Shown here: piece by piece, positions 41,635 through 51,441 of the stretch
Numbering within the stretch: the first letter of the stretch is position 1
Layout of the letters: each line of letters begins with the position of its first letter
From: Candidatus Tayloriibacteriota bacterium
GTDB lineage: Bacteria; Patescibacteriota; Minisyncoccia; Phycocordibacterales; PALSA-1337
NCBI GenBank assembly: GCA_052034805.1
Contig: JBPOID010000003.1
Location: 3,502-67,501, forward strand
Length of the DNA stretch: 64,000 nucleotides
Reading direction: 5' to 3'
The notes under the pieces: generated by a model
The model's input: the letters and a program-made list of their open reading frames with translations, nothing else
Databases searched by the model: none
What the model was told of the DNA's origin: nothing
Program-made: the position numbers and the translations under genes

Positions 41635-42303
41635 ATGAAAATCTTAATTATTGAGGATGATCCTGATATATCACTATTCATAAAAGTAGGTTTTGAAACC
41701 GAAGGATATGTAGTGGATAGATCATTTGATGGAAAAGAAGGTTCATACATGGCAAGAACAAATAAATACGATGTAATCATTCTAGATAATTCTCTACCAT
41801 TAAAGAACGGTCTAGAAGTATGCGATGAAATAAGGGGTTCTGGCTCAACTGTACCCATTATTTTCTTATCTGTTATAGGAGATACAAATAGGAAAATATT
41901 AGCTTTAGAAAAAGGAGCTGATGATTATATGACAAAACCATTTTCATTCGAAGAATTAAAAGCAAGAATAAAAGCACTTACAAGACGACCTAGGAAAATA
42001 GAAAGTCCAATTATAAAGGTTGGAGAATTGTCTTTGGATATAGAAAAACAAATAGCCTATAGAAATGATAAAGCTATATATTTAACAAGAAAAGAATATA
42101 ATTTATTAGAATATCTGATCAGAAATCATGGAATGGTTGTATCTAGAGGTATGATAATGGAACATGTATGGGATGCAAATAGTGATCCATTTTCAAATAC
42201 TATAGAGGCACATATAGTAAATCTCAGAAAGAAAGTAAATATCGATAATAAGAAAGACATTATAAGAAATGTACCTGGACGAGGTTATATTATTGATGCA
42301 TAA
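41635..42303 (+). CDS. OmpR/PhoB family response regulator
   Basis: IEDD, ILD, GADDYMTKPF, LTRKEY, VPGRGY; TTGAAT-17-TACAAT promoter 6 nt upstream. Confidence 0.93.
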   Translation: MKILIIEDDPDISLFIKVGFETEGYVVDRSFDGKEGSYMARTNKYDVIILDNSLPLKNGLEVCDEIRGSGSTVPIIFLSVIGDTNRKILALEKGADDYMTKPFSFEELKARIKALTRRPRKIESPIIKVGELSLDIEKQIAYRNDKAIYLTRKEYNLLEYLIRNHGMVVSRGMIMEHVWDANSDPFSNTIEAHIVNLRKKVNIDNKKDIIRNVPGRGYIIDA

Positions 42304-42496
42304 CTATAAATTTTATCATTTCTTTATTATTTTTTTATAATTTCTTTATCTGTTATATGTACAATAATCCCAATTATGAAGGTCGACATAATTATCCATT
42401 AAATATTTATAAGACTGTTAGATTATTATTGTTATGGGTATTGGGAATAAACAATAATTACAGTCTTATTTATATTTAATTATATTGATAAATAAT

Positions 42497-43387
42497 ATGA
42501 AGGATTTATTAACTTATATACCAATATTAATATTTATAATAATATTATTTAAACTATCTGATAGAGAAATAAAGAAAAGCCTAAATAAAGCAAAAGCATC
42601 AGAAAAACTATTATTATTACAAAAGAAGCAATTAGAAATAGAAATAGGAGAAGAAGCAAATAAACTCAGAGAAAATAGATTTCAGAGAATGAATGAGTTA
42701 TCGAAAGCTGCAGAATTTGGAAAATTGGCTCAAGGCATATTCCACGATCTTATGACTCCCCTAACATCTATAATACTTCATACAGAAAGGTTAGATAAAA
42801 CATCAATAAAAGACATAGAAACAATAAACAATACATTAAAGAAAACAGCTGAGGCCTCACATAAAATGGCTCAGTATATAGAAAATATAAAATCATCCAT
42901 AAGAAATGAGCAAATGAAAAAAGAATGCTTCATTGAACAAGAAATAAATGATGTATTAGATATATTAGGATACAAAATAAGACAAGCAAATATATCTATA
43001 AATAAGAATGTATCAGATAAATATTCTCTGTATGCAGATCAAATAAAGATAAGACAAATTCTATTAAATATAATCTCAAATGCCATAGATTCATATAATG
43101 ATACAGATAAAGAAGATAGAACCATCAATATAAATGTAAGCAAAATAGATAATAATCTAATTATAAAAATAAAAGATAATGGATGTGGTATAAAAAAAGA
43201 AAATATTGATAAAATATTTCAACCATTCTTTTCAACAAAAGATAAAGAGAAAGGTATCGGCATCGGATTAACTACAGTAAAGAAAATAGTGGAGGAGGAT
43301 TTATATGGAAAAATATATGTATATAGTGAAGAAAATAATGGTACCTCTTTAAATATAGAAATACCTCATACAATATATAAATCTTGA
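42497..43387 (+). CDS. Sensor histidine kinase with a single N-terminal TM and no evident sensor domain
   Basis: HDLMTPL H-box, NIISNAID, DNGCGI, FQPFFSTK, GIGIGL. Confidence 0.9.
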   Translation: MKDLLTYIPILIFIIILFKLSDREIKKSLNKAKASEKLLLLQKKQLEIEIGEEANKLRENRFQRMNELSKAAEFGKLAQGIFHDLMTPLTSIILHTERLDKTSIKDIETINNTLKKTAEASHKMAQYIENIKSSIRNEQMKKECFIEQEINDVLDILGYKIRQANISINKNVSDKYSLYADQIKIRQILLNIISNAIDSYNDTDKEDRTININVSKIDNNLIIKIKDNGCGIKKENIDKIFQPFFSTKDKEKGIGIGLTTVKKIVEEDLYGKIYVYSEENNGTSLNIEIPHTIYKS

Positions 43388-43400
43388 TTGATTATATAGA

Positions 43401-44270
43401 TTACACAATATATAAATCTTGATTCATTTCTCCAGAACCTATATACAAAGCCTCCCCTCTTAATATCTTTTCGAATGGTTTACAATAAAAACAACCTTTA
43501 TCACCATTTGGACATAGGAAAACTTCATCTGGAGAAGTATTAGAAGCTTCTTCTCTAGCTTGTTTTACTTTCATCGCTACCTTCATTACTCTATTATAAG
43601 ATTCATCTTTATCTGGTAATAAAACTTCTATAGGTTTATTATCTCTATCTATATACCAATAACTCGCACCATTGACCTTTCTCTTTTGTAAATTTTCAAG
43701 AAGTAATCTATATATAGGTAATTGAAGAGATTCTCCATCTTCTTCATTTTTACCAGTTTTGAAATCTAGAATATGAACACTATCGTCTTCTGGTCTATAT
43801 ATTAGCCAATCTATTTTTCCACAAAGTATTATATTTTCTTCTTCAGATAAAAGAAAATTTGGCGGTAAACCATTTTCCCCATCATTTAATTTCACTGTTT
43901 TATGCAATAAAGGTTCTGGATTATTCTCAACTCTAGACAACATATTCTCTGCCCTTTTCTTTACTTCTATTTCTTCATCTTTATTCAAGAATCCACCATT
44001 TTTACCTGATACTTTTTGCCATACTTTATCTAATATTTCTTTTAATGGCTTTTTGAATCTATCTTCTGCTTTTATTCTATTCTTTGCTAACCCTTCCAAT
44101 ACTTCATGTACAGCAATACCTAGAGAAAGTGCAGGATTAACAATACTTATCTTTCTTCTTGAGTTTTTGTCTTTATATATATTATGTAGATAATACAAGC
44201 GTGGGCATTTCAAAAAATCACCCATTGAAGAATGTGATACCCATACTGCATTATATTTATCCTTATGCAT
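43401..44270 (-). CDS. PD-(D/E)XK nuclease (Cas4/AddB/RecB-like)
   Basis: SHSS..FLKCPR, LGIAVHE, GKID, LDFKTG, QLPIY, C-terminal CPNGDKGCFYC. Confidence 0.85.
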   Translation of the reverse strand: MHKDKYNAVWVSHSSMGDFLKCPRLYYLHNIYKDKNSRRKISIVNPALSLGIAVHEVLEGLAKNRIKAEDRFKKPLKEILDKVWQKVSGKNGGFLNKDEEIEVKKRAENMLSRVENNPEPLLHKTVKLNDGENGLPPNFLLSEEENIILCGKIDWLIYRPEDDSVHILDFKTGKNEEDGESLQLPIYRLLLENLQKRKVNGASYWYIDRDNKPIEVLLPDKDESYNRVMKVAMKVKQAREEASNTSPDEVFLCPNGDKGCFYCKPFEKILRGEALYIGSGEMNQDLYIV

Positions 44271-44278
44271 TTATTCTA

Positions 44279-44956
44279 CTATTCTACTGTGACTTTGTTT
44301 ATTATAATTTTTTCTACTGGTCTATCGTTTTCACCTGTCTTTGTATTTGCTATTGCATCTACAGTCTCTATACCCTCGAGAACATGACCGAAAATAGTGT
44401 AATTATGAGGCAAAGGATAATCTGCATGCATTATAAAGAATTGACTACCATTGGTATTGGGACCAGCATTTGCCATAGCTACAACTCCCCTCTTATAACC
44501 TATTTTATATGATTCTGTATTTGGATTAAGTTCGTCTTCAAATGTGTATCCTGGACCACCCATACCTGTACCAGTAGGATCACCGCCCTGTATCATAAAT
44601 CCTTTTATAACTCTATGGAATATAACTCCATTATAAAAACCCTTATTTGCTAAATCTATAAAATTTTTTGCGGTCTTTGGAGCATCAGAATTATATGTTT
44701 CAAAAACGATTTTACCTTTATTTGTATCTAATGTTATTTTATTCATATTCTTATTTATTATATTATCTGATTTTGTGCTTGTACTTATATTTATATTATT
44801 ATTTTCTATTGTTGTAGTGAATTCATTTTCTTTTATTATATTGATTTCATTATTTTTCTTAATATTCGTTGAGAAATAATAAATACCTAGAATTACAAGA
44901 ATAATAATTATAATAATACCTATATAAAATGGTGCTTGTGATTTTTGTTCATTCAT
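44279..44956 (-). CDS. Membrane-anchored cyclophilin-type peptidyl-prolyl isomerase
   Basis: FHRVIKGFMIQGGDP, MANAGPNTNGSQFFI; N-terminal TM. Confidence 0.95.
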   Translation of the reverse strand: MNEQKSQAPFYIGIIIIIILVILGIYYFSTNIKKNNEINIIKENEFTTTIENNNINISTSTKSDNIINKNMNKITLDTNKGKIVFETYNSDAPKTAKNFIDLANKGFYNGVIFHRVIKGFMIQGGDPTGTGMGGPGYTFEDELNPNTESYKIGYKRGVVAMANAGPNTNGSQFFIMHADYPLPHNYTIFGHVLEGIETVDAIANTKTGENDRPVEKIIINKVTVE

Positions 44957-44958
44957 AA

Positions 44959-45966
44959 TTAGAGATTATATAACAACTTTGCAGTTTCAACTACTTTACT
45001 TAAAGCTTGTTCTAATGGCATAGACAATACAGCACCAGCAGCTGCTGTATGTCCACCTCCACCCAAAGCTTTTGCTAATAAAGATACATTATATTTATCT
45101 GAATCCCTTGTTCTTAGACTTATTTTAACAATATTAGGTTTAACTTCTACCATAGAGATTCCTATATTCCAACCTATAACTGATTTCAATATATTAGATA
45201 CATCATGAACACTTATTAGATTTATATCTATATTCTTACTTTTCAAATCATCATTTGATACCATAGATACAGCGATATTATCATTAAAATAAGTCTTTAT
45301 AGAGTTTAAAGCTAATGCTTTGAAATATATAGATTCTTTATTTTCACTATTTTCCATAATAAAAATAGTTTTATGATAATCTGGAGCTATTTTTGCAAGC
45401 TCACTAACTATTTCTAATGTGCGATAATCTGTTAATTGATATTTGAATCCTCCAGTATCTGTATATATACCCATAAATAAGTTCAGAGCAATAGAATAAT
45501 CTATTTTTATATTCCATTCCTTGAATAAATCAAATAACATTTGAGATGTAGCTGGATAATCGGAATCTACAAAATTTATATCTCCATATTTAGTATTGGT
45601 TAAATGATGATCTATTACAATACTTTTTATTGATAATGGAAATATTGGAGTCTTTATACCAGATATCATTTCTCTTGTAGATGAATCTAATATTATAAAT
45701 AAATCAAAGTCTTCTATATTTATTTCACTAAAATTCTTTTGAAGAATATCTTTGGCGCCAGGAAAATGCATAAAAGCTTGTGGTATTTCTGAATCACCTT
45801 TTATGACAGTAACTTTTTTATTTAGCCCTTCTAATGCAAACTTCATAGCCAAAGCAGATCCCATACTATCTGGATCTGGAGAAGGATGACAATGTAGAAG
45901 TATTGATTTTGACTTATTTATTTCATCTAAAATCTGTTTTGAAATCTCTTTTATATTATTTTCCAT
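44959..45966 (-). CDS. DHH/DHHA1 phosphoesterase (NrnA-like)
   Basis: HPSPDPD, IDHH, TDTGGF, SLR, GGGGH. Confidence 0.92.
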   Translation of the reverse strand: MENNIKEISKQILDEINKSKSILLHCHPSPDPDSMGSALAMKFALEGLNKKVTVIKGDSEIPQAFMHFPGAKDILQKNFSEINIEDFDLFIILDSSTREMISGIKTPIFPLSIKSIVIDHHLTNTKYGDINFVDSDYPATSQMLFDLFKEWNIKIDYSIALNLFMGIYTDTGGFKYQLTDYRTLEIVSELAKIAPDYHKTIFIMENSENKESIYFKALALNSIKTYFNDNIAVSMVSNDDLKSKNIDINLISVHDVSNILKSVIGWNIGISMVEVKPNIVKISLRTRDSDKYNVSLLAKALGGGGHTAAAGAVLSMPLEQALSKVVETAKLLYNL

Positions 45967-46023
45967 ATCTTTATATTCTATCTTTAACTAAATTAATTCT
46001 ATAATCTAATCAATAAATCAAAT

Positions 46024-46099
46024 TGGAGCCGATGATCGGGATCGAACCGATGGCCTCCCCATTACCAATGGGGTGCTCTACCAACCGAGCTACATCGGC
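46024..46099 (-). tRNA. tRNA-Thr(GGT), CCA encoded
   Basis: GCCGATG acceptor, CCCCA-TTGGTAA-TGGGG anticodon arm, TTCGATC T loop, ends CCA. Confidence 0.96.
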
Positions 46100-46152
46100 G
46101 ATATAAACCTTATATTACAATAAAATATAAAAATTAACTATCTTTTAATATC

Positions 46153-47472
46153 CTATTTAGGCAATTCAACTGTAACTGTTGTACCAACATTTAATTCTGA
46201 AGAAAGAAAGATTGTACCTCCATGAAGTTCTATTATTTTCTTTGATATATATAGACCTATACCACTTTCATTTGGTTCTATAGATATAGCATTCTTCGAT
46301 CTATGAAGTCTATAGAAAACATAAGGCAAATCACCTGAAGCAATACCTATTCCGGTATCTCTAACAGTAATTCTTACAAAAGAAGGTATTTCTTCTACTG
46401 TAATAGTTACATGACCTTTCGGAGAATACTTTATTGCATTATCTATTATATTTGCAAGAGCAGGTCTCATTTTCTCTCTATCTGCATTTATAAGGAAAGA
46501 GCTAGGAGCAATGAAAGAAACTTTAACTGATTTCTTTATTATAAGGAAATTTAATTCAGCAATGATAGATTGTATTATTCCGACAATATCTACTTTTTCT
46601 ATATATATTTTTACCGAATTCTCTGTATCTTCTGCGGTTTTTAGCATTTGATTCACAACTTCTATAGCACCTTTTATTCTATCCATACCAGCATCTATAA
46701 GAGATATAGTCTCTTGTGGTAGGGATTGTGAGGACTTTATCATTTCTAATGTCCATTTTACAGCTGATAAAGGTGTACGTAATTGATGTTGTGCAACGCT
46801 CAAGAAATCCCCTTTCAGGCTATCTATTTGTACAGTTTCTGCTAATTTCTTTGCAGTCTCTTCATTTCTATATTTATGATACATTATTTCTATAATCAAA
46901 CTATATACAAAATAAGATATAACACCTATAAGAAATGTTTCTATTATATGTTTAGCAATAAGTGCAGAATCAATACTCGCAGATGGAGTGAAAACTATCA
47001 TAAAAGCAAAAGCTATAGTTATGACCATGCCCATTATTCTGGTATATATTCTATCCAAGAATACAGAAGTAGATATTATAGGAAAAAATAAAGTAAATAT
47101 AAAAGAACTATTAGTACCGCCTGTTATATATATTACATATAAGAAAAATAATACATAAGCATATATAGCAAGTACAAATAATGCATTCTTTTTCAAGAAT
47201 TCATTTAATGTAACTAATATAAAATACACTATACCTATCGCAAATAAAGCCATAACAGCATTATCTATATTCTCATTAAGCCATGTAAAGTATTGAGGGA
47301 GAAAATAAACAAAAAAACCAACAACAACTGGTATAAGTGCCCCCATCAAGCCTAGAGCATAATAATATTTCTTGAGTTGTAGGGCCGATAATTCTTGTGA
47401 GCTTTTATTAACTTTATTATCTGTATTTTTTACTATCTCATTATTTATATTATTTTTATTTAAAGGTTCCAT
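46153..47472 (-). CDS. Multi-TM sensor histidine kinase
   Basis: ~6 TM, HQLRTPL, NIIDNAIKY, DTGIGI, GIGLYI. Confidence 0.9.
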   Translation of the reverse strand: MEPLNKNNINNEIVKNTDNKVNKSSQELSALQLKKYYYALGLMGALIPVVVGFFVYFLPQYFTWLNENIDNAVMALFAIGIVYFILVTLNEFLKKNALFVLAIYAYVLFFLYVIYITGGTNSSFIFTLFFPIISTSVFLDRIYTRIMGMVITIAFAFMIVFTPSASIDSALIAKHIIETFLIGVISYFVYSLIIEIMYHKYRNEETAKKLAETVQIDSLKGDFLSVAQHQLRTPLSAVKWTLEMIKSSQSLPQETISLIDAGMDRIKGAIEVVNQMLKTAEDTENSVKIYIEKVDIVGIIQSIIAELNFLIIKKSVKVSFIAPSSFLINADREKMRPALANIIDNAIKYSPKGHVTITVEEIPSFVRITVRDTGIGIASGDLPYVFYRLHRSKNAISIEPNESGIGLYISKKIIELHGGTIFLSSELNVGTTVTVELPK

Positions 47473-47500
47473 TTATATTTTTACTAAAATTTGTACTATG

Positions 47501-47575
47501 CGCGGTCGACGGGACTCGAACCCGCAACCTCTCCCGTGACAGGGGAGTGCTCTAACCAAATTGAGCTACGACCGC
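47501..47575 (-). tRNA. tRNA-Asp(GTC)
   Basis: CTCCC-CTGTCAC-GGGAG anticodon arm, GGTTCGAGTCCC; CCA not encoded. Confidence 0.96.
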
Positions 47576-47659
47576 ATAATAAAACTAATAAAATAAGCTC
47601 ATGAACAGAGCAATATCTTATTTTTGTTATTATACACGATTCTATGAATTTTTAAAGGG

Positions 47660-47733
47660 TGTCGGCGGAAGGGATCGAACCTTCGACCTTGGGCTTATGA
47701 GTCCCACGCTCTAGCCAACTGAGCTACGCCGAC
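47660..47733 (-). tRNA. tRNA with CAT anticodon (elongator Met or Ile2; cannot distinguish)
   Basis: GTCGGCG acceptor with G1-C72, CTCATAA loop, GGTTCGATCCC. Confidence 0.9.
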
Positions 47734-47755
47734 ATATGAATTGTTGAAATAATTG

Positions 47756-47827
<72 letters not shown>

Positions 47828-47836
47828 ATAAGGCAT

Positions 47837-47864
47837 AGTGTAACATAAAAAATATATAACGCAA
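47837..47864 (-). promoter_or_regulatory. Promoter of the tRNA cluster
   Basis: TTGCGT (47859-47864) - 16 nt ending in TGt - TACACT (47837-47842). Confidence 0.6.
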
Positions 47865-47923
47865 GGGGTTCGCAATATCAGAATAGCTTGGAATAAGCTA
47901 ATAATTTACTGATTTACTAGGTA

Positions 47924-48529
47924 TTAAATAGATATATGATAAAATTCTTCGAATACTTTTTTATAAAGATCTATAACCTTTTTTGCTTCTAATTGATTCA
48001 AAGAGAAATCAGAGCCACCATGGGCTATAGCATTTCTTATTTTATGAGCTTCCCAAGCTTCATCTAATGATTTAAAATCACCCTTATTTACCCTTTTTAA
48101 TTTTTCACCCAAACTCTCTCCCCTATAACCAAGTTTAGTAATTAAATTATCCAATATTGTATCAGCATCTATAATAGCCTGTTTCCAATCATTCTGATTC
48201 GGAGAGTCTATATGACTTAATACTTTATTCCAACGCTTACCCAACTCTTCATCTATTTCTTTATCTTCTGTATAAGCTATTTCAATAGGTTTATTATATA
48301 TTTCATCCTCTTTCTTTCTAACATTCTTTATACCTTCAACTGATATTATTATTCCAATTAAAAATACAACAGATAATATTATACATATAGCCAAAACCCA
48401 ACCCTTTATAGAGTTTATGAAATAAAAAGCGCTGGGATAAGAACCTGTTAAGAAATTTAAAAGATTTTTAAAATAATAAGGTACATCTATACTAGGTACA
48501 CTTATTATTTCATTTACTTCTGCTAACAT
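47924..48529 (-). CDS. Membrane-anchored hypothetical protein with HEPN/DUF4145-like C-terminus
   Basis: TM near aa 44-65; AIIDAD..LGEKLK..AWEAHKIRNAIAH (Rx4H). Confidence 0.6.
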   Translation of the reverse strand: MLAEVNEIISVPSIDVPYYFKNLLNFLTGSYPSAFYFINSIKGWVLAICIILSVVFLIGIIISVEGIKNVRKKEDEIYNKPIEIAYTEDKEIDEELGKRWNKVLSHIDSPNQNDWKQAIIDADTILDNLITKLGYRGESLGEKLKRVNKGDFKSLDEAWEAHKIRNAIAHGGSDFSLNQLEAKKVIDLYKKVFEEFYHISI

Positions 48530-48547
48530 GTATATATTATAGCAAGT

Positions 48548-49984
48548 TTATTGCTCGTCTAGGAAGTCTTTACCTATTTCAAAAAGAGTATTTTCATCAC
48601 CATGACGAGCAGTCATCTGTATTCCTAGGGGTAATTTCTTCCCTTCTATCTCTGAATATCCTGATGGTATAGATATAGCAGGCATACCTGTAAGATTCGC
48701 TGTAACAGTGAATATATCTTCCAAATACATAGCAACTGGATCAGATGTCTTTTCTCCAATTTTGAAAGCTGGAGCTGGAGTAGTAGGTGTAAGAACTATA
48801 TCAACTTCTTTGAATGCTTTTATAAAATCTTCTGTAATAACTCTTCTTAATGCATTTGCGCGATTATAATATGCATCATAATATCCCGAAGAAAGAACGT
48901 ATGTTCCTAAAAGAATTCTTCTTCTCGCTTCTTTACCGAATCCAACACCTCTAGTTTCAAAATAATCTCTAACTATATCTTTTCCATCTTTATGTAAACC
49001 ATATTTTACTCCATCAAAGCGAGCTAGATTGGAAGAAACTTCAGCTGGCATTATCACATAATACACAGGTAATGAATAAGCGATATTTGGTAGATTTATA
49101 TCTTTTATTTCATAACCTTTTTTCTTGAATGTATTTTCAATTCCTTTAAAATTATTTAGAACATCTTTATTTATTCCTTCACCACCAAGAAAATGTCTGG
49201 GTATACCTATAATCGGTTTCTTTTTGCCTAATCTATCTATACTGTATGTATTAGGAGATATAGTAGTACCATCATGAATATCTTTACCCTTTATAGTATT
49301 AAAAACTATTTCTGTATCTGAAACTGTTTTTGCTATTGGACTTATTTGATCCAATGATGAACCCATAGCCATAACACCATAACGCGAAACTTGTCCATAT
49401 GTAGGTTTCAATCCTACTAGACCACAGAGACTTGCTGGCTGTCTGATAGAACCTCCGGTGTCTGATCCGAGTGAAACAAGCGCTCCATCCATAGCCACGG
49501 CTGCGGCAGAACCACCTGAAGAACCCCCCGCCACGCGCGTGGTATCGTGAGGATTTTTCGTAACACCGAAAGCAGAATTTTCTGTTGAACCACCCATGGC
49601 GAATTCATCCATATTTGTTCTACCGATAAATATTGCACCCTGTTCTTTTAACCTAATAATAACAGTAGCGTCATAAGTAGCATGATAATCATCTAGAATC
49701 TTGGAAGCAGAAGTTACTTTTTTACCTTTTATAAGAATATTGTCTTTTATGGCAAAAGGTATACCAGTAAGAAGATTGGCTTTACCAGATTTTATTTTCT
49801 TATCTGCTTCTTTTGCTTGTTCTAGAACATCATCGTAAACTTCTAAATAAGCATTTATATCTTTATTTTTCTTAGAAATGATATCTAGATAAGCTTTGAC
49901 CAAATCAACCGAAGTGAAATCCCCTTTTACAAGAGATGAATGGGCTTTCTTTATGGTTAAATTCTTCAAGTCTATATTTACCAT
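48548..49984 (-). CDS. gatA: Asp/Glu-tRNA amidotransferase subunit A
   Basis: AIKDNI, NMDEFAMG, GGSSGGSAAAV, GSDTGGSIRQPA, SSNLARFDG. Confidence 0.97.
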   Translation of the reverse strand: MVNIDLKNLTIKKAHSSLVKGDFTSVDLVKAYLDIISKKNKDINAYLEVYDDVLEQAKEADKKIKSGKANLLTGIPFAIKDNILIKGKKVTSASKILDDYHATYDATVIIRLKEQGAIFIGRTNMDEFAMGGSTENSAFGVTKNPHDTTRVAGGSSGGSAAAVAMDGALVSLGSDTGGSIRQPASLCGLVGLKPTYGQVSRYGVMAMGSSLDQISPIAKTVSDTEIVFNTIKGKDIHDGTTISPNTYSIDRLGKKKPIIGIPRHFLGGEGINKDVLNNFKGIENTFKKKGYEIKDINLPNIAYSLPVYYVIMPAEVSSNLARFDGVKYGLHKDGKDIVRDYFETRGVGFGKEARRRILLGTYVLSSGYYDAYYNRANALRRVITEDFIKAFKEVDIVLTPTTPAPAFKIGEKTSDPVAMYLEDIFTVTANLTGMPAISIPSGYSEIEGKKLPLGIQMTARHGDENTLFEIGKDFLDEQ

Positions 49985-50085
49985 ATATTTTATATTAACA
50001 ATATATCATAAAAAGAAAAAACCGCCATTTCTAGCGATTTATTCTATTAAATATTTTCAATCAATTAAATAACCAGAGAGTAATA

Positions 50086-51120
50086 TTATACAGTTGATGA
50101 ATATACATCTTTTTCAACACGTAAAGCTATTCTAGTCATCATTTCTACTGATTCTACAGGATAATCACCCAAAGTTGTCTCTTCAGAAAGCATTACGGCA
50201 TCTGTACCGTCTATAATAGCATTAGCAACATCAGAAACTTCTGCACGTGTTGGCACTGGACTCTTTATCATTGATTCTAACATTTGTGTAGCTGTGATAA
50301 CCGGCTTATTCATTGCATTACATTTCTGTATTAACATTTTCTGAACCATAGGCACTTCTTCTGCTGGTATTTCTATACCTAGATCTCCACGAGCGATCAT
50401 CACACCATCAGTAAGTCTTATAATCTCATCTATATTATCTAGAGCTTCTGGAGTTTCTATTTTCGCTATTATGCGAGCATTTGATCCTTCTCTTTTTAAT
50501 ATATCTCTTAATTCTAGAATATCTGATGGTCGTCTTATGAATGAAAGTGCAAAATAATCTACTTTATTCTTTATACCGAATATCAAATCACTTTTATCTT
50601 TTTCTGTAATAGAACTTATAGATAAATAAGCTCCAGGAATATTAACTCCTCTTTTACTCTTTATATCTCCACCAATAATAACCTTTGTTATTATTTTATT
50701 TCCATCAATACCGGTAATCTGTAATTTCTTTTTTCCATCATGAAGAAGTATATAACCACCAACTCTTACTTCTTCAGGTAATAGAGGATAATTCACATTA
50801 ACTATATTTTCATTTCCTATAATATTATCAGTAGTCAATACGAATTCATGACCAGGTTTTAGATTTATAGAACCATTTTCGAATTCTCCTATTCTTATTT
50901 TAGGACCACTTAAATCTTGTATTATTTCTATATTCTTATTTGTATTCTTCATTACTGTTCTCATATTATCAACACGATGTTGATGCTCTGAGAAATCACC
51001 ATGAGAGAAATTCAAACGCATAATATTCATACCTGCATTTACAAGTGCTGTGAGCTTCTCTATTGAACTAGTAGCTGGTCCTATCGTACAGACTATCTTT
51101 GTTTTCTTTTTAGAAATCAT
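50086..51120 (-). CDS. pyk: Pyruvate kinase lacking the C-terminal domain
   Basis: [47 protein letters not shown]; ends at aa 344. Confidence 0.93.
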   Translation of the reverse strand: MISKKKTKIVCTIGPATSSIEKLTALVNAGMNIMRLNFSHGDFSEHQHRVDNMRTVMKNTNKNIEIIQDLSGPKIRIGEFENGSINLKPGHEFVLTTDNIIGNENIVNVNYPLLPEEVRVGGYILLHDGKKKLQITGIDGNKIITKVIIGGDIKSKRGVNIPGAYLSISSITEKDKSDLIFGIKNKVDYFALSFIRRPSDILELRDILKREGSNARIIAKIETPEALDNIDEIIRLTDGVMIARGDLGIEIPAEEVPMVQKMLIQKCNAMNKPVITATQMLESMIKSPVPTRAEVSDVANAIIDGTDAVMLSEETTLGDYPVESVEMMTRIALRVEKDVYSSTV

Positions 51121-51222
51121 ATATAAATTAAGCTTTATTAATAATCCAATATCATGAATAATCTGAATTTATAGGGTCCATTCATTTCAAAATATGGATT
51201 TATAAATATATCATAAAAAAGA

Positions 51223-51246
51223 AAAATCGCCAATAGTGGCGATTTT
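51223..51246 (-). terminator. Intrinsic terminator of the 16S transcription unit
   Basis: AAAATCGCCA-ATAG-TGGCGATTTT followed on the minus strand by a T-rich run. Confidence 0.8.
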
Positions 51247-51441
51247 CTTTTACTGTACTTTATTTTGTTCCGTTCACTCGGAGAGTATCTCTATAGAGGA
51301 TACCCTCCTGTGCCCTTTATCTTGCGGGCTAAGTGTTCACTTTAAAGATGTAGAACAATAATCTTTGCTTGTGATAAATAAATATCAACAAAAATCGACT
51401 CGGTCAGATAATCTGAGTAAACTCAGACATATCGTATGATC

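Noticed and set aside
43401-44270. CRISPR-Cas locus
   Set aside because: No cas1/cas2, effector genes or array anywhere in the window
46024-47575. Integrative element at the tRNA genes
   Set aside because: No integrase and no duplicated tRNA 3' end seen
49480-49560. Local GC-rich patch in gatA
   Set aside because: Explained by the Gly/Ser/Ala-rich amidase signature
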